A DNA stretch of 64,000 bases from positions 23,059 through 87,058 of the forward strand of contig JAUVXU010000003.1 of NCBI GenBank assembly GCA_030603445.1, given 5' to 3'. Source of the DNA: Methanomicrobia archaeon. Its GTDB lineage: Archaea; Methanobacteriota_B; Thermococci; Methanofastidiosales; NM3. Each line of letters begins with the position of its first letter. The stretch's first letter is position 1. Below are positions 54,634 through 64,000 of the stretch, piece by piece. Under the pieces are notes generated by a model. It was given only the letters and a program-made list of their open reading frames with translations, had not been told where the DNA came from and searched no databases. A program made the position numbers and the translations under genes.

Positions 54634-56673
54634 ATGGCAAATAGATGTGGAATATGCGGCAAAGGGATTAATCCTTCAGAAATAGCATCGTGCATGCACT
54701 GCAACACACCCTACCATTTTGGCTGTATAAAGGAACATCTTTTTACTAACAAGAGCTGCCCCCGCTGTGGCAGGACATCATCATTGATGCACTATCGAAG
54801 AGGTAATAAAGGAAAGCCAGCACCGCAACCATCCAAAGAACCAACTGCCAAGATGCCATCACAAACACCTTCTCCAAAATCATCTTTTGTATATGGGGGG
54901 ACGATAAAGAAAAAAGCGCCACAGCCACATGCGCCTTCTCCTAAAAAAGAAAAATCACCTAAACAAAAAGGCATCAGTGGTCTATTCATAAGCTTCATCA
55001 TTGTGCTGCTTCTATTGGCATCCACCTACTACGTAACTACGACGTATGTTGGGTATGCGCCTGTTCTCTCGGCCGACGAGCTCAGCAAAACGGTGATTCC
55101 CGGACAGGCTGTGGAATTCCCAATATCATTTGAGAACAGTGGTAATATTATCTCACATTACAATGTATATATTGACGACAAAAACAGCGCATTGCCTGAT
55201 GAATTGGAACCTGTCCTTATGGATGATACCCCTGAATATGGAAAATCACTTTCCACTGTTGTTGAACCTGGTTCTTCCTTTCACTTTCGTTTGCGTGTCA
55301 CTAGCGCCAGTGGTGTCTTGTCCGAAGTACAGGGAACCGTAATGGTAGTTGTAGAGTCACGTGATGGAAAATATAGTGACAAAAAAATATTTACTATCAC
55401 ATCCCAAACCATATACAGCTATGAAGTCATCCAAAGTGATACCCAAAAATACGTATCTGCAGGTGGGACTGCCACATTCTCTGCAACCCTTGTGAACAAG
55501 GGAAATACTGTGGATACGTATTTTATCCGTCTTGAGAACACAACATCTGGATGGCAGTCGTCTCTACTTTATGATAAGGTAACAATAGAACCCAACATGT
55601 CTGCCCAGGTCCTCCTAACCCTCAAGTCGCCTGACGCAGCACCTGGTAATGAAAAAGGAGAGACTATTTTAAAAATTATGTCCCAAAATAACTCTAGTGA
55701 CGTTAAGACTGTGAAATACAGCCTTATAGTGAATCCAACTTATGGATTTGATCTTCTTGTTGGTGATCACTCCAAAGTTGTGCTCCCTGGATCTACAACA
55801 TCTTATACATTCAAAATACGCAACCAGGGTAACTCTTCTGACACGTATGATCTTCAGGCAGTGCCTGTCATGCCCTATGGGTGGAGCGTGGAACTCTCAA
55901 AGACCTCAGTTACAATAAGACAAGGCGAAGAGATGACAATAGGAGTGAGTATAAAGGTTCCAGAAAGCGCAGCGCCCAATCAAAGTGGTATTGTTAATGT
56001 AAACATCGTATCTGCAGGCAATCAGGAAACAAAGAACCAAAATTTTGAAGTAACAACGGCAGAAGGACAAAACAAGATTGTGCTTGTGGAACTCTTTACG
56101 TCTGTGAACTGCACGTTTTGCCCCTATGCAGAAAATGCAGTAGAACAGCTTCTTTTTGATTATCCGGACAATTATATAGCCTTGGAATATCATCTCAATG
56201 ACAGCTTAAACATAACTTTCTCGTCATCGCGTGCTGGACTTTATTCCATCCCAGGGACACCTACTTCGATGTTTGATGGTACGCGCAAGGAAGCAGGTGG
56301 TTCACCCCTAACTTACAATAAGTATGTGACAAAGACCCAGGATCTTATCCAAGAAGAACTGCAGCTTCGTATAGACCTATCACTCTCAGAGTCATCTGTG
56401 CCAGGCCACACGAATGTCAACGCCGTAATCAAGTCCACAGGCCTGCCAGCAGGCAAAGACTTAGATGTCTTCTTTGTCACGTATAGCAACGGCGTGTCTA
56501 GTGGTTCCAAGACATTCAATCACGTCGTAGTTGATGGAGCAAAGCGGACATTGACATCTTTTGATAATATCGAGAACATCACGCTTGCATTTGAGATCCC
56601 AGAAGATGGAGGTATTGTAGTCTTCGTTCAAGATAGATCTACAAAGAAGGTATATCAGGTCGCCACTATATGA
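54634..56673 (+). CDS. membrane-anchored multidomain surface protein: N-terminal C4HC3 zinc finger, TM helix, CARDB/NEW3-like beta-sandwich repeats, C-terminal thioredoxin-like CxxC domain
   Basis: 679 aa. C5-x2-C8-x11-C20-x2-C23-x4-H28-x2-C31-x10-C42-x2-C45; Lys/Pro-rich linker; TM LFISFIIVLLLLAS; repeats of the type ...TFSATLVNKGNTVDTY...; VELFTSVNCTFCPYAE. Confidence 0.7.
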   Translation: MANRCGICGKGINPSEIASCMHCNTPYHFGCIKEHLFTNKSCPRCGRTSSLMHYRRGNKGKPAPQPSKEPTAKMPSQTPSPKSSFVYGGTIKKKAPQPHAPSPKKEKSPKQKGISGLFISFIIVLLLLASTYYVTTTYVGYAPVLSADELSKTVIPGQAVEFPISFENSGNIISHYNVYIDDKNSALPDELEPVLMDDTPEYGKSLSTVVEPGSSFHFRLRVTSASGVLSEVQGTVMVVVESRDGKYSDKKIFTITSQTIYSYEVIQSDTQKYVSAGGTATFSATLVNKGNTVDTYFIRLENTTSGWQSSLLYDKVTIEPNMSAQVLLTLKSPDAAPGNEKGETILKIMSQNNSSDVKTVKYSLIVNPTYGFDLLVGDHSKVVLPGSTTSYTFKIRNQGNSSDTYDLQAVPVMPYGWSVELSKTSVTIRQGEEMTIGVSIKVPESAAPNQSGIVNVNIVSAGNQETKNQNFEVTTAEGQNKIVLVELFTSVNCTFCPYAENAVEQLLFDYPDNYIALEYHLNDSLNITFSSSRAGLYSIPGTPTSMFDGTRKEAGGSPLTYNKYVTKTQDLIQEELQLRIDLSLSESSVPGHTNVNAVIKSTGLPAGKDLDVFFVTYSNGVSSGSKTFNHVVVDGAKRTLTSFDNIENITLAFEIPEDGGIVVFVQDRSTKKVYQVATI

Positions 56674-56742
56674 TATCCGCCCCAATCAGGGAAAAACTAT
56701 ATATAATACATAACTATATACTTTAAATACATAAGTATATAA

Positions 56743-57162
56743 GTGGGAACTATGGAGAGCCCTACGGATATAATGGCATTGCTAGAAGATATGAAAAAAG
56801 ATCTTGAGCAGATAAAAAAAAACACGAGTGATAACAGTATTGTTGAGACCGTATCACTTGAAAACCTTAAACCTATTGGTGTGGATGTGACACTATGTGC
56901 AGACCTATTCAAGGCCCTGTCAAATGAGGAGCGCCTCAAACTGCTTACTGCCCTTGGGAGGGAGGACCACTACTTTGCCCAGCTAATTGCGCTATCCAAC
57001 CTTGATAATAGCCCTTTAAGATTTCATCTTACAATATTAAAAGAAGTAAATCTAATCTCCCAGGAACGCTTCAGAGGCAAGTATGCAATAACGGATCTGG
57101 GAAGACAAGCCCTTTCCATATCATCATATTTTTTCCGCTTGATGCGTGAACAGGAAGTGTAA
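56743..57162 (+). CDS. ArsR-type winged-helix regulator
   Basis: 139 aa; LFKALSNEERLKLLTAL ... FAQLIALSNLDNSPLRFHLTILKEVNLI. The likely start is the ATG at 56752. Confidence 0.7.
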   Translation: MGTMESPTDIMALLEDMKKDLEQIKKNTSDNSIVETVSLENLKPIGVDVTLCADLFKALSNEERLKLLTALGREDHYFAQLIALSNLDNSPLRFHLTILKEVNLISQERFRGKYAITDLGRQALSISSYFFRLMREQEV

Positions 57163-57164
57163 AA

Positions 57165-58766
57165 ATGAAAGATAATATAACAAAGAGGATTATAGATAAA
57201 ATTGCGCTTGTATTTTTCGTATTATGGCTTGTTAGTCTAGCTACAAATGTGTTAGGCCGCTATGAATATAAGGAAACATTTCTATTTGCTGCTTTTTCCT
57301 TTTGGGTTTTAGGATCGTTTGTTGATGGGCTTACTAAGAGGCGCTATGCTAAAAGGAGGATATCTGTATCCTTAAGAAAAGGTGGAACCACTCTTTTTGG
57401 CATCTGGGTCCTACTATTAATATTTGAAGTTCTTGGGTGGCTGGGTGCCTGGTGGGAAGGATATAGCATTTATGCATTGTGGCTTTCGCTCCTTTGCTTT
57501 TCTAGCTCAGTGATAATAAACTCTATTGCCAAGAAAAGAGGATACTGGCAGATTAGATCCATTTTTTACACGACAGGCATGATAATAGTCATCGTGTGGG
57601 CAGCGCTTAAGTATACTGGCAGCTATGTCGACTCGCAAGATGCCATACTTATTGGAGGCATTGCTCTTCTGGCAATTGGTTTTGTGATAGGTGCCTCAAA
57701 AAAAGAGGACGATTTTGAATTTTTTGTAGATGTAAAGAAAGAAATATCAGAAAAAATGAGGGAAGTGCCGGATTTAACGGAGACCGCAGAAAACGTGATG
57801 GCACTTGATGAATCTGTCAAAATAGGACAAGATCCCTCTGTAACTATCAAAAAGGGTGCGTTAAGTGTAGATATATACGAAGATGAGAGGCGCATAGGAA
57901 CAGTTTACTTTGGGGAGGGGTCCTACAAAGTAGCAACAGAGATTTACACTTTTGAGGAGCCGTTTATGGGTTACTGCTACTCGCATGGTGCAAAATGGGA
58001 AAAATACGCCCCAAAAAAACAAGCTGTAAAAGCTGAACAAAAACATTTTGATGCCATTGGTCTGACCAAAGAGGATATTAAGGAATTAGCTATAATACTT
58101 TCCACTAATGATTCGTCGGCACATGAAAGAATAGATGACGTGAAAGCACGATTAAAGTCTAGAAACACCGAGATAACCTTGCCATTTATGAAAATCATAG
58201 AAAGCAAGGAGGGGGAATATGTGAAGATAGGCCCTCTTGAAGTCGTGGACCTTCATGACAAAGGCAGCCGTATACGCTTCAAAGGAAAGGAGTTTGTAGA
58301 AAGAAATGGATATGAGAAAGACAAAGACATGCCAAGTGATCTCGTGTTTAAAATATTCACCACAGATGGCACGACCACAATTGTCACAAACAATGGGAAT
58401 ACGCACCTTTCAACAGAAGAAGGCACTATTACTGTTGAAAATGACCTGCTTGAGTTCAACATCAAGAGTATAAAATATATTAAGATGCCATCTATGCAAA
58501 GGCTTGAAGCGCCTAATCTGGATATAATAGTGAGAAAAGAAAAGAAAGTATCAGTAAAAATAGATGATTTCAAGCTAAAGGTGCAGGATGATGCTATTTC
58601 CATGGATCACAAAGGACGCCACATACACACTAGCAACGTAGAACAGGCTGATACCCTAAAGGAAATTGTAGCTGCACATGTCCCATATATCATAAAGGAC
58701 GTCCTAAACGAATCATCTATAGCTCAAAATCAGTTGATGATGCAGCTCATTGAAGAACTGGATTAG
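57165..58766 (+). CDS. hypothetical membrane protein (N-terminal multi-TM, large soluble C-terminal domain)
   Basis: 533 aa, 2 nt after the ArsR-like gene. No family recognised. Confidence 0.55.
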   Translation: MKDNITKRIIDKIALVFFVLWLVSLATNVLGRYEYKETFLFAAFSFWVLGSFVDGLTKRRYAKRRISVSLRKGGTTLFGIWVLLLIFEVLGWLGAWWEGYSIYALWLSLLCFSSSVIINSIAKKRGYWQIRSIFYTTGMIIVIVWAALKYTGSYVDSQDAILIGGIALLAIGFVIGASKKEDDFEFFVDVKKEISEKMREVPDLTETAENVMALDESVKIGQDPSVTIKKGALSVDIYEDERRIGTVYFGEGSYKVATEIYTFEEPFMGYCYSHGAKWEKYAPKKQAVKAEQKHFDAIGLTKEDIKELAIILSTNDSSAHERIDDVKARLKSRNTEITLPFMKIIESKEGEYVKIGPLEVVDLHDKGSRIRFKGKEFVERNGYEKDKDMPSDLVFKIFTTDGTTTIVTNNGNTHLSTEEGTITVENDLLEFNIKSIKYIKMPSMQRLEAPNLDIIVRKEKKVSVKIDDFKLKVQDDAISMDHKGRHIHTSNVEQADTLKEIVAAHVPYIIKDVLNESSIAQNQLMMQLIEELD

Positions 58767-58834
58767 TAAATAAAATCCATTCTCTCTTTTTATTTTAGTA
58801 AACCTTTATAAGTTAAATTATAATATTTCATCCT

Positions 58835-59785
58835 ATGTATGCCGGGAAAATACCTCCTGCACTGCTCAAGAAAATAGTTCTCTCCTCACTTGGGGCACCT
58901 CCAAAGGACGTTGTTGTTGGCCCATCTGTTGGAGAAGACGCCGCGGTATTGAAACTAGGGGACATATACCAAGTTGTTGCATGCGACCCTGTTACTGGGG
59001 CGAACAAGAACATTGGTTACCATGCAGTCCACGTCAATGCAAACGATGTGGCAGTGACAGGGGCAGACCCTAAATACTTCATGCCGGCAATTCTCCTGCA
59101 TAAAGACTCGACCGAGGATGACCTTAAAGAAATTACCAGACAAATAGATGTTGCATGCAAAGAAGTCGGGGCAAGTGTGATAGGGGGCCATACTGAGATA
59201 ACCCCAGGCATAGACCATACCATCATAGTAGGCACTATGTTTGGCTACACAAAGCGTTACATAACAACGTCTGGTGCATCTCCGGGTGATGCCATAATTC
59301 TTACCAAGGGCGCTGCCATCGAAGGCACCTCTATTCTTGCTAACGAGTATGAGGAAACTTTAAACAGGAACATTGGAAAAGAGGTTACCTCGATTGCAAA
59401 AACCTATTCATCCAAACTTTCAATTGTTCCGGAGGCAAGGATGATAAGAGAATACGTCACATCCATGCACGACCCTACCGAAGGAGGGATAGCAGGCGCG
59501 CTTAATGAGCTTTCTGCAGCATCAGGATGTGGGTTTTCTGTCCCTCGTGAAGCTGTTCTTGTGTCACCAGAAACGGCCGCCATCTGCTCATTTTATTCTT
59601 GTGACCCATTAACGCTCATAAGCTCTGGTGCCCTTATTGCAACAGTTAGGGAACCTGATGTAAAAAAAGTATTATCCCTACTAAATGATGCAGGGATAGA
59701 TGCTTCCAAAATAGGGTCTATAAAATCATCAGGACGCACCCTTGCAATGCCAGAACACGATGCACTCTGGGACATCTTAATGTGA
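58835..59785 (+). CDS. AIR-synthase-related protein (PurM/ThiL/HypE superfamily; possibly methanogenesis marker 2-type)
   Basis: 316 aa; VGPSVGEDAAVL ... DPVTGA ... GGHTEITPG. Confidence 0.75.
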   Translation: MYAGKIPPALLKKIVLSSLGAPPKDVVVGPSVGEDAAVLKLGDIYQVVACDPVTGANKNIGYHAVHVNANDVAVTGADPKYFMPAILLHKDSTEDDLKEITRQIDVACKEVGASVIGGHTEITPGIDHTIIVGTMFGYTKRYITTSGASPGDAIILTKGAAIEGTSILANEYEETLNRNIGKEVTSIAKTYSSKLSIVPEARMIREYVTSMHDPTEGGIAGALNELSAASGCGFSVPREAVLVSPETAAICSFYSCDPLTLISSGALIATVREPDVKKVLSLLNDAGIDASKIGSIKSSGRTLAMPEHDALWDILM

Positions 59786-59791
59786 CTGGCA

Positions 59792-61717
59792 TCAATAAAC
59801 CCTGAAAGTTTCCATATTCAATGGCGAACGGGTCTCTATCCTGAAATTCTTATATACGGCAGATGCAAGATCGATGCACTTGCTGCTCTCACCATGGTTG
59901 GTGAATACTCTTTCTGTCCCGTTGTTAACTTTTCTCACAAATTTAAGCAATTGGTTTCTATCCGAGTGCCCGGAGAATCCTTCTATAGTGTGGATCCCCA
60001 TTTTAACGTTGATAACTTCGGTCCTTCCGTTGCCATTTCTTATTGGGATCTCATCCCATCCTTTCTGTACACGTGAACCCATAGAACCCTCTGCCTGATA
60101 GCTAACGAAAATTATCGCATTGCGTGGATCTGGTGCAAAGTTCTTAAAGTATTCAACAGAAGAGCCGCCTATAAGCATGCCGGATGTCGCCAATATAATT
60201 GCTGGATCCCCTTCCATTATTTCTCTTCTTCTAGTGGAGTTTGCAACGCCGTCAAAAACCTTGGATAAAAATGGGTTATGTTCTTGATGGAATATCTGGT
60301 CTCGTACCGCCTTTGAAAGGTACTCGGGGTATGCCGTGTGAATAGCAGTTGCTTCCCATATCATCCCATCAAGATATATCGGAACACTAGGAATTATGCC
60401 TTTTCGGGCTGCCTCTTCAAGAGCTAGCATAAGCTCCTGCGCACGCCCAACCGCCAAAACAGGTATGAGCACTTTTCCCTTGCGCTCGATAGTTCTCTTA
60501 ATAATTCTCAACAAGTCACTTTCTGCATCTTCCCTGCTGGGTTGGATATTTTTGCTTCCACCATACGTGCTCTCCATTATAAGGGTCTCGAGTCGTGGAA
60601 ACCTAATGTTCGCAGGTTCTAATAATCGGGATCTGGAGAATTTGAAATCCCCTGAATAGGCAATATTATGCAATCCATTTCCTACATGCAGGTGAACTAT
60701 AGAAGAACCAAGTATATGGCCTGCATTATGCAGTGTAAGGCGTACGTCTGGTGCAATATCACGCACTTCCTTGTAATCGAGTGGGATGGTATGCAGGATT
60801 TCCTCCTTGATCTCCTTTATGTCATAAGGGCATGGTTTTCCCTCGCGTTTTGCTATCTCTACAAAATCTTTTTGTAGAAGCATCATAAGATCGCGTGTTG
60901 CAGGTGTGCAGTATACTGGACCATCGTACAGCGATTTGTATAAATATGGGACAAAACCCGAATGATCAAGATGTGCGTGTGTAACGATGATTGCGTCAAG
61001 CTCGTTGGCCGAGAGGATATATTTAAACTCTGGACAGCTCAAGTATGGATAGGCCTTAGATGGATCATCCGACGCCACATTTACCCCGCAATCCATGAGA
61101 ATATTACTTTCATCAGTCTGTAAAAGAACACAGGAGCGCCCGACCTCCCTAAATCCCCCAAGTGCGGTGATACGAATCCATTTCGAACGCACATTTTCGC
61201 TACGATAGATTTTATGTCCCACAGCGCGCATTATCCTTTTGCGTTCACTATGCTCCCTGTGTAATGTCGCACGTATGCCTTGAACTGTTGTTGACGTCAT
61301 GGGGGGAGTTCGCACGATGCGTGGTGCCCAACGAACATTTTTCGTTATTTCCCTAAGCGTGCTCCCTGATTTTCCTATTGCAAGCCCGGGTTTTTTTGAT
61401 TCTATGATTACTTCAGATATGCCTGGATCAAAATTTATATTCGTTATCTCGGCCTCGTCAGGAATTATCTGCTTGATTTTCTTAACTGCTTCTTCCTCGG
61501 AAGTAATAATGGATACATCAGGTCGTATTACAACGCGCTTACGAAGTTTCTTTGCAAGATCTTTTATCAAGTCTGCATCGCTTACTAACATAGAAGGATT
61601 TCGTGTGTAAATGACAACTTCAGGCCCTTCAAAATCTATATTTGTGATGGTAGCACCAGGCGGGATAGACTTATGTACTATTTGTTCTATGTTCTTCAGT
61701 ATTTCTTCTGACGACAA
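59792..61717 (-). CDS. aCPSF1-type KH-domain beta-CASP metallo-beta-lactamase ribonuclease
   Basis: 641 aa; N-terminal KH domains, HAHLDHSG, beta-CASP region; TTG start. Confidence 0.95.
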   Translation of the reverse strand: MSSEEILKNIEQIVHKSIPPGATITNIDFEGPEVVIYTRNPSMLVSDADLIKDLAKKLRKRVVIRPDVSIITSEEEAVKKIKQIIPDEAEITNINFDPGISEVIIESKKPGLAIGKSGSTLREITKNVRWAPRIVRTPPMTSTTVQGIRATLHREHSERKRIMRAVGHKIYRSENVRSKWIRITALGGFREVGRSCVLLQTDESNILMDCGVNVASDDPSKAYPYLSCPEFKYILSANELDAIIVTHAHLDHSGFVPYLYKSLYDGPVYCTPATRDLMMLLQKDFVEIAKREGKPCPYDIKEIKEEILHTIPLDYKEVRDIAPDVRLTLHNAGHILGSSIVHLHVGNGLHNIAYSGDFKFSRSRLLEPANIRFPRLETLIMESTYGGSKNIQPSREDAESDLLRIIKRTIERKGKVLIPVLAVGRAQELMLALEEAARKGIIPSVPIYLDGMIWEATAIHTAYPEYLSKAVRDQIFHQEHNPFLSKVFDGVANSTRRREIMEGDPAIILATSGMLIGGSSVEYFKNFAPDPRNAIIFVSYQAEGSMGSRVQKGWDEIPIRNGNGRTEVINVKMGIHTIEGFSGHSDRNQLLKFVRKVNNGTERVFTNHGESSKCIDLASAVYKNFRIETRSPLNMETFRVY

Positions 61718-62088
61718 AACATCACCTTAGTAATAATTTACATATTCTAAATATTACAGTTCACTGTAACTACATATGCTACTATCATAAATTAGCAACC
61801 TATTGAATTTACAAGCTGGTTTATTTCTCTAATGAAAAAATAAGCTAATGTGACTTTCAAGAAAATTGAAAGCTAAATTGTAATATTAGATTTATAAATA
61901 ATCTATATTATCTCACATAGTTTATTTTATTCATAGAAGACTAACCTTAAAGGCTTTAAAAATCAGCTAAATATCCTTTTTCAGAGAGTGTATATAAATT
62001 TTTCGGTTTGTCTAAATTATCTTTTCAATACATGAGAACCTCATTTTTTCTCTTGTATAAAGATACCCCTGAGGGTGCTATGATAGAT

Positions 62089-63744
62089 TTATCTAAATGC
62101 ATCTTTAAATTTTGTTGCTTGTGCCATTTTAATCTGGGCTGATGTTGTTTTATGCCCTCCTTCTACAAATAATGATATCAGGGCCCGGACAGCTTCTTTG
62201 TTGTCCCCTCTATTAAGGGAAGTAGTCAAAAGCGTTGAGGATGAAATACACATTAACGCATTATCACTAGACAAGGCCACAAGAATGGGGCATGACCCCT
62301 CCTCATGTAAAATTTCTCCATCCACACTTAGTGTCTGTGCAGTGGGTGAAGCGCGTAGAAATGCCATTCCATCGGAAACTTCAAGTGCACATCCGTATGC
62401 AAAATGAATCTCTGTGACAGTTTCGGGAAAGACGCAAGGCCCAAATACCGTGATTAGAGGATAGTAGTGTTTTCCTGTGTTATGTTCGTAATCAACTACC
62501 TCGCTGTTAGTGAATCTGATGCCATGCTGTTCTGATATGGGGTTGATAAAGTCTGGAAATAGATATTTGTAGTATTGCCCAGAAAGCAGCAACTTTCCGC
62601 CATTTTGCATAAAACATTCAAGCGTTGTTACCTCTGCATCAGAGAATGCGCGTTGTGGATTTGGTATGATTACCAAACACGCATCGGAAATGACATCTTT
62701 TGTTATCTCCCCGCTACTGCATACTGTTACTGAAAAAGACATTTCTTCGAGAAGGTCAAGCAGCTGCACTGCTTTAACATGATCATAATACTGTAACATG
62801 TTGTCACAAAAAACTACTTTGGGCTTTTGTGTTCCCACATCATTTTTTGAATTGTTCGTAAGATGTTCACAAATCACGACTTGTTCTTGTGAAAGGGCTA
62901 TGAAATGCTTCGCACGCAAAAAATCACCAGATTGCACCCTATACAACGCACGTTGGTACGCATCTAAAGCCAACGCCATATGCGTGGCATAAGAATTTAT
63001 CACATTAGCGTTCGTATTGTGTGGAAAACTGTACAAGGCCACATCCTGTATAGATTGTTCCAACTGCCCCATCATCATGGCAGCTTGGAAGGAGAAAACC
63101 TTCATGATGGCATAAAAAGGAACAGCTGCAAGCGTCTCTGAAATATTTTGATAACAGCTGTTTTGTGCGCCTGGCGTCCCACAATCCCCATCACCATATG
63201 TAACAGTGCTTTCGTGCCAATGACAACCTCTTGAATTATCCTTTGTAGGATTGATAAGTTCAATAGAGCACCCATTAGGTATCTCAAAAGAATGTATCCC
63301 CGAGTACTCCACAACATCTACTAAAATCCCCTCATTGTTATAAATAAACAGAGCATCACCGTTGTTTGAAAGATACATCCCGCTATAAACGTAATCTATC
63401 TCAACACCGCCATTCAAACTATTGTCCCCATTCCTTCCAAACACAAAATAATCGTTTGCAGGAACTATAGCCCCGTTAATAGTGAACGAGTCGTTGTTTC
63501 CATCATTGATGGTCCATCCATCAAGAGACACAGGTGATGCAGAGGAATTGTAAATCTCAAACCATTCCCCCCTAGTATCAGAGACTGCAGATGGATTTAT
63601 CATTATTTCATTTATTACTATGATATCTTGAGCCTCTGACGCAATTGGTGGTGTATGCATTCCAAAAAGGCTTAGAATAAAGGCACAAAGAAGGAACATT
63701 TTAAACTTTTTCATGTTATTACCGCATCTAGCTGGATTTACCAT
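62089..63744 (-). CDS. secreted lamin-tail-domain (LTD) protein with C-terminal DUF4350-like domain
   Basis: 551 aa; signal peptide, VINEIMINPSAVSDTRGEWFEIYNSSASPVSLDGWTINDG LTD signature. Confidence 0.65.
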   Translation of the reverse strand: MVNPARCGNNMKKFKMFLLCAFILSLFGMHTPPIASEAQDIIVINEIMINPSAVSDTRGEWFEIYNSSASPVSLDGWTINDGNNDSFTINGAIVPANDYFVFGRNGDNSLNGGVEIDYVYSGMYLSNNGDALFIYNNEGILVDVVEYSGIHSFEIPNGCSIELINPTKDNSRGCHWHESTVTYGDGDCGTPGAQNSCYQNISETLAAVPFYAIMKVFSFQAAMMMGQLEQSIQDVALYSFPHNTNANVINSYATHMALALDAYQRALYRVQSGDFLRAKHFIALSQEQVVICEHLTNNSKNDVGTQKPKVVFCDNMLQYYDHVKAVQLLDLLEEMSFSVTVCSSGEITKDVISDACLVIIPNPQRAFSDAEVTTLECFMQNGGKLLLSGQYYKYLFPDFINPISEQHGIRFTNSEVVDYEHNTGKHYYPLITVFGPCVFPETVTEIHFAYGCALEVSDGMAFLRASPTAQTLSVDGEILHEEGSCPILVALSSDNALMCISSSTLLTTSLNRGDNKEAVRALISLFVEGGHKTTSAQIKMAQATKFKDAFR

Positions 63745-63846
63745 GATTTATACAATATCTAAAAGAAATAATCTAATTTTGTAAGAGCAATTGTTATAAT
63801 GCACCAATACGGCAATGTTAATATATGTAATACCCCTATTGTGGTT

Positions 63847-64000
63847 ATGAAAATTACGCCAACAGGGATTCTTATTTTGTTGCTTTTGTTATCCTTACCT
63901 ACTGCTGCAGCGTGGGGGGGAGAGACGCATAAGGTCGTGACAGGCGCATCTATACATCTGTTATGTGGGGAAGAATACGAATTTTACTCCCAATACGCAA
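63847..64000 (+). CDS. secreted protein, 5' part only (zinc phospholipase C / S1-P1 nuclease-like N-terminus?)
   Basis: Hand-read MKITPTGILILLLLLSLPTAAAWGGETHKVV..., open to the window end. Confidence 0.4.
   Translation, partial: MKITPTGILILLLLLSLPTAAAWGGETHKVVTGASIHLLCGEEYEFYSQYA

Noticed and set aside
1-64000. Chimeric assembly as the explanation for the AT-rich 15 kb joined to a mid-GC genome.
   Set aside because: This cannot be excluded without reads. However, the compositional switch lies in an ordinary intergenic region and not at a repeat, and a fragment of the mid-GC locus (16404-16489) is embedded 6 kb inside the AT-rich block. Both points argue for real physical linkage.

Overview
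This is an archaeal chromosomal segment with two very different parts. (1) Positions 1 to ~15000 are strongly AT-rich (hand counts: 14/60 G+C at 1021-1080, 12/60 at 13681-13740). They carry 19 short, functionally unrelated ORFs, 18 of them on the minus strand. The ORFs are separated by 13 co-oriented 56-94 bp imperfect inverted repeats that begin with an RYYYAAC-like heptamer and end with a GTTRRRY-like heptamer. That is the architecture of an integron gene-cassette array (attC sites), but no integron integrase is visible in the window. One cassette, in inverted orientation, carries an apparently intact form II/III RuBisCO. An ~80 bp fragment of a gene junction from the neighbouring chromosomal locus (16.4 kb) is duplicated inside the array (9.2 kb). 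(2) Positions ~15000-64000 have mid-40s % G+C (29/60 at 15481-15540, 26/60 at 20041-20100) and hold tightly packed, often translationally coupled archaeal housekeeping genes: GGGP synthase, L40e, Tsr3, GluRS, HisRS, LeuRS, GDH, an intron-containing tRNA-Leu(CAA), RtcB, RFC small and large subunits, geranylgeranyl reductase, Tag, TrxR and aCPSF1. This part also contains a feoA-feoA'-feoB-dtxR unit with two recognisable DtxR/IdeR-type boxes and the methanogen-specific atwA (MCR component A2) and mcrC pair, so the host is a methanogen-type archaeon. I cannot place it more finely from this window. Other points worth a second look are three ORFans at the array/chromosome boundary, a C4HC3 (PHD/RING-like) finger on a large surface protein in a thioredoxin cluster, and a three-gene envelope module. 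All family assignments come from reading motifs by eye and from memory of families; no searches were run. attC-like repeat boundaries are approximate (about +/-10 bp).
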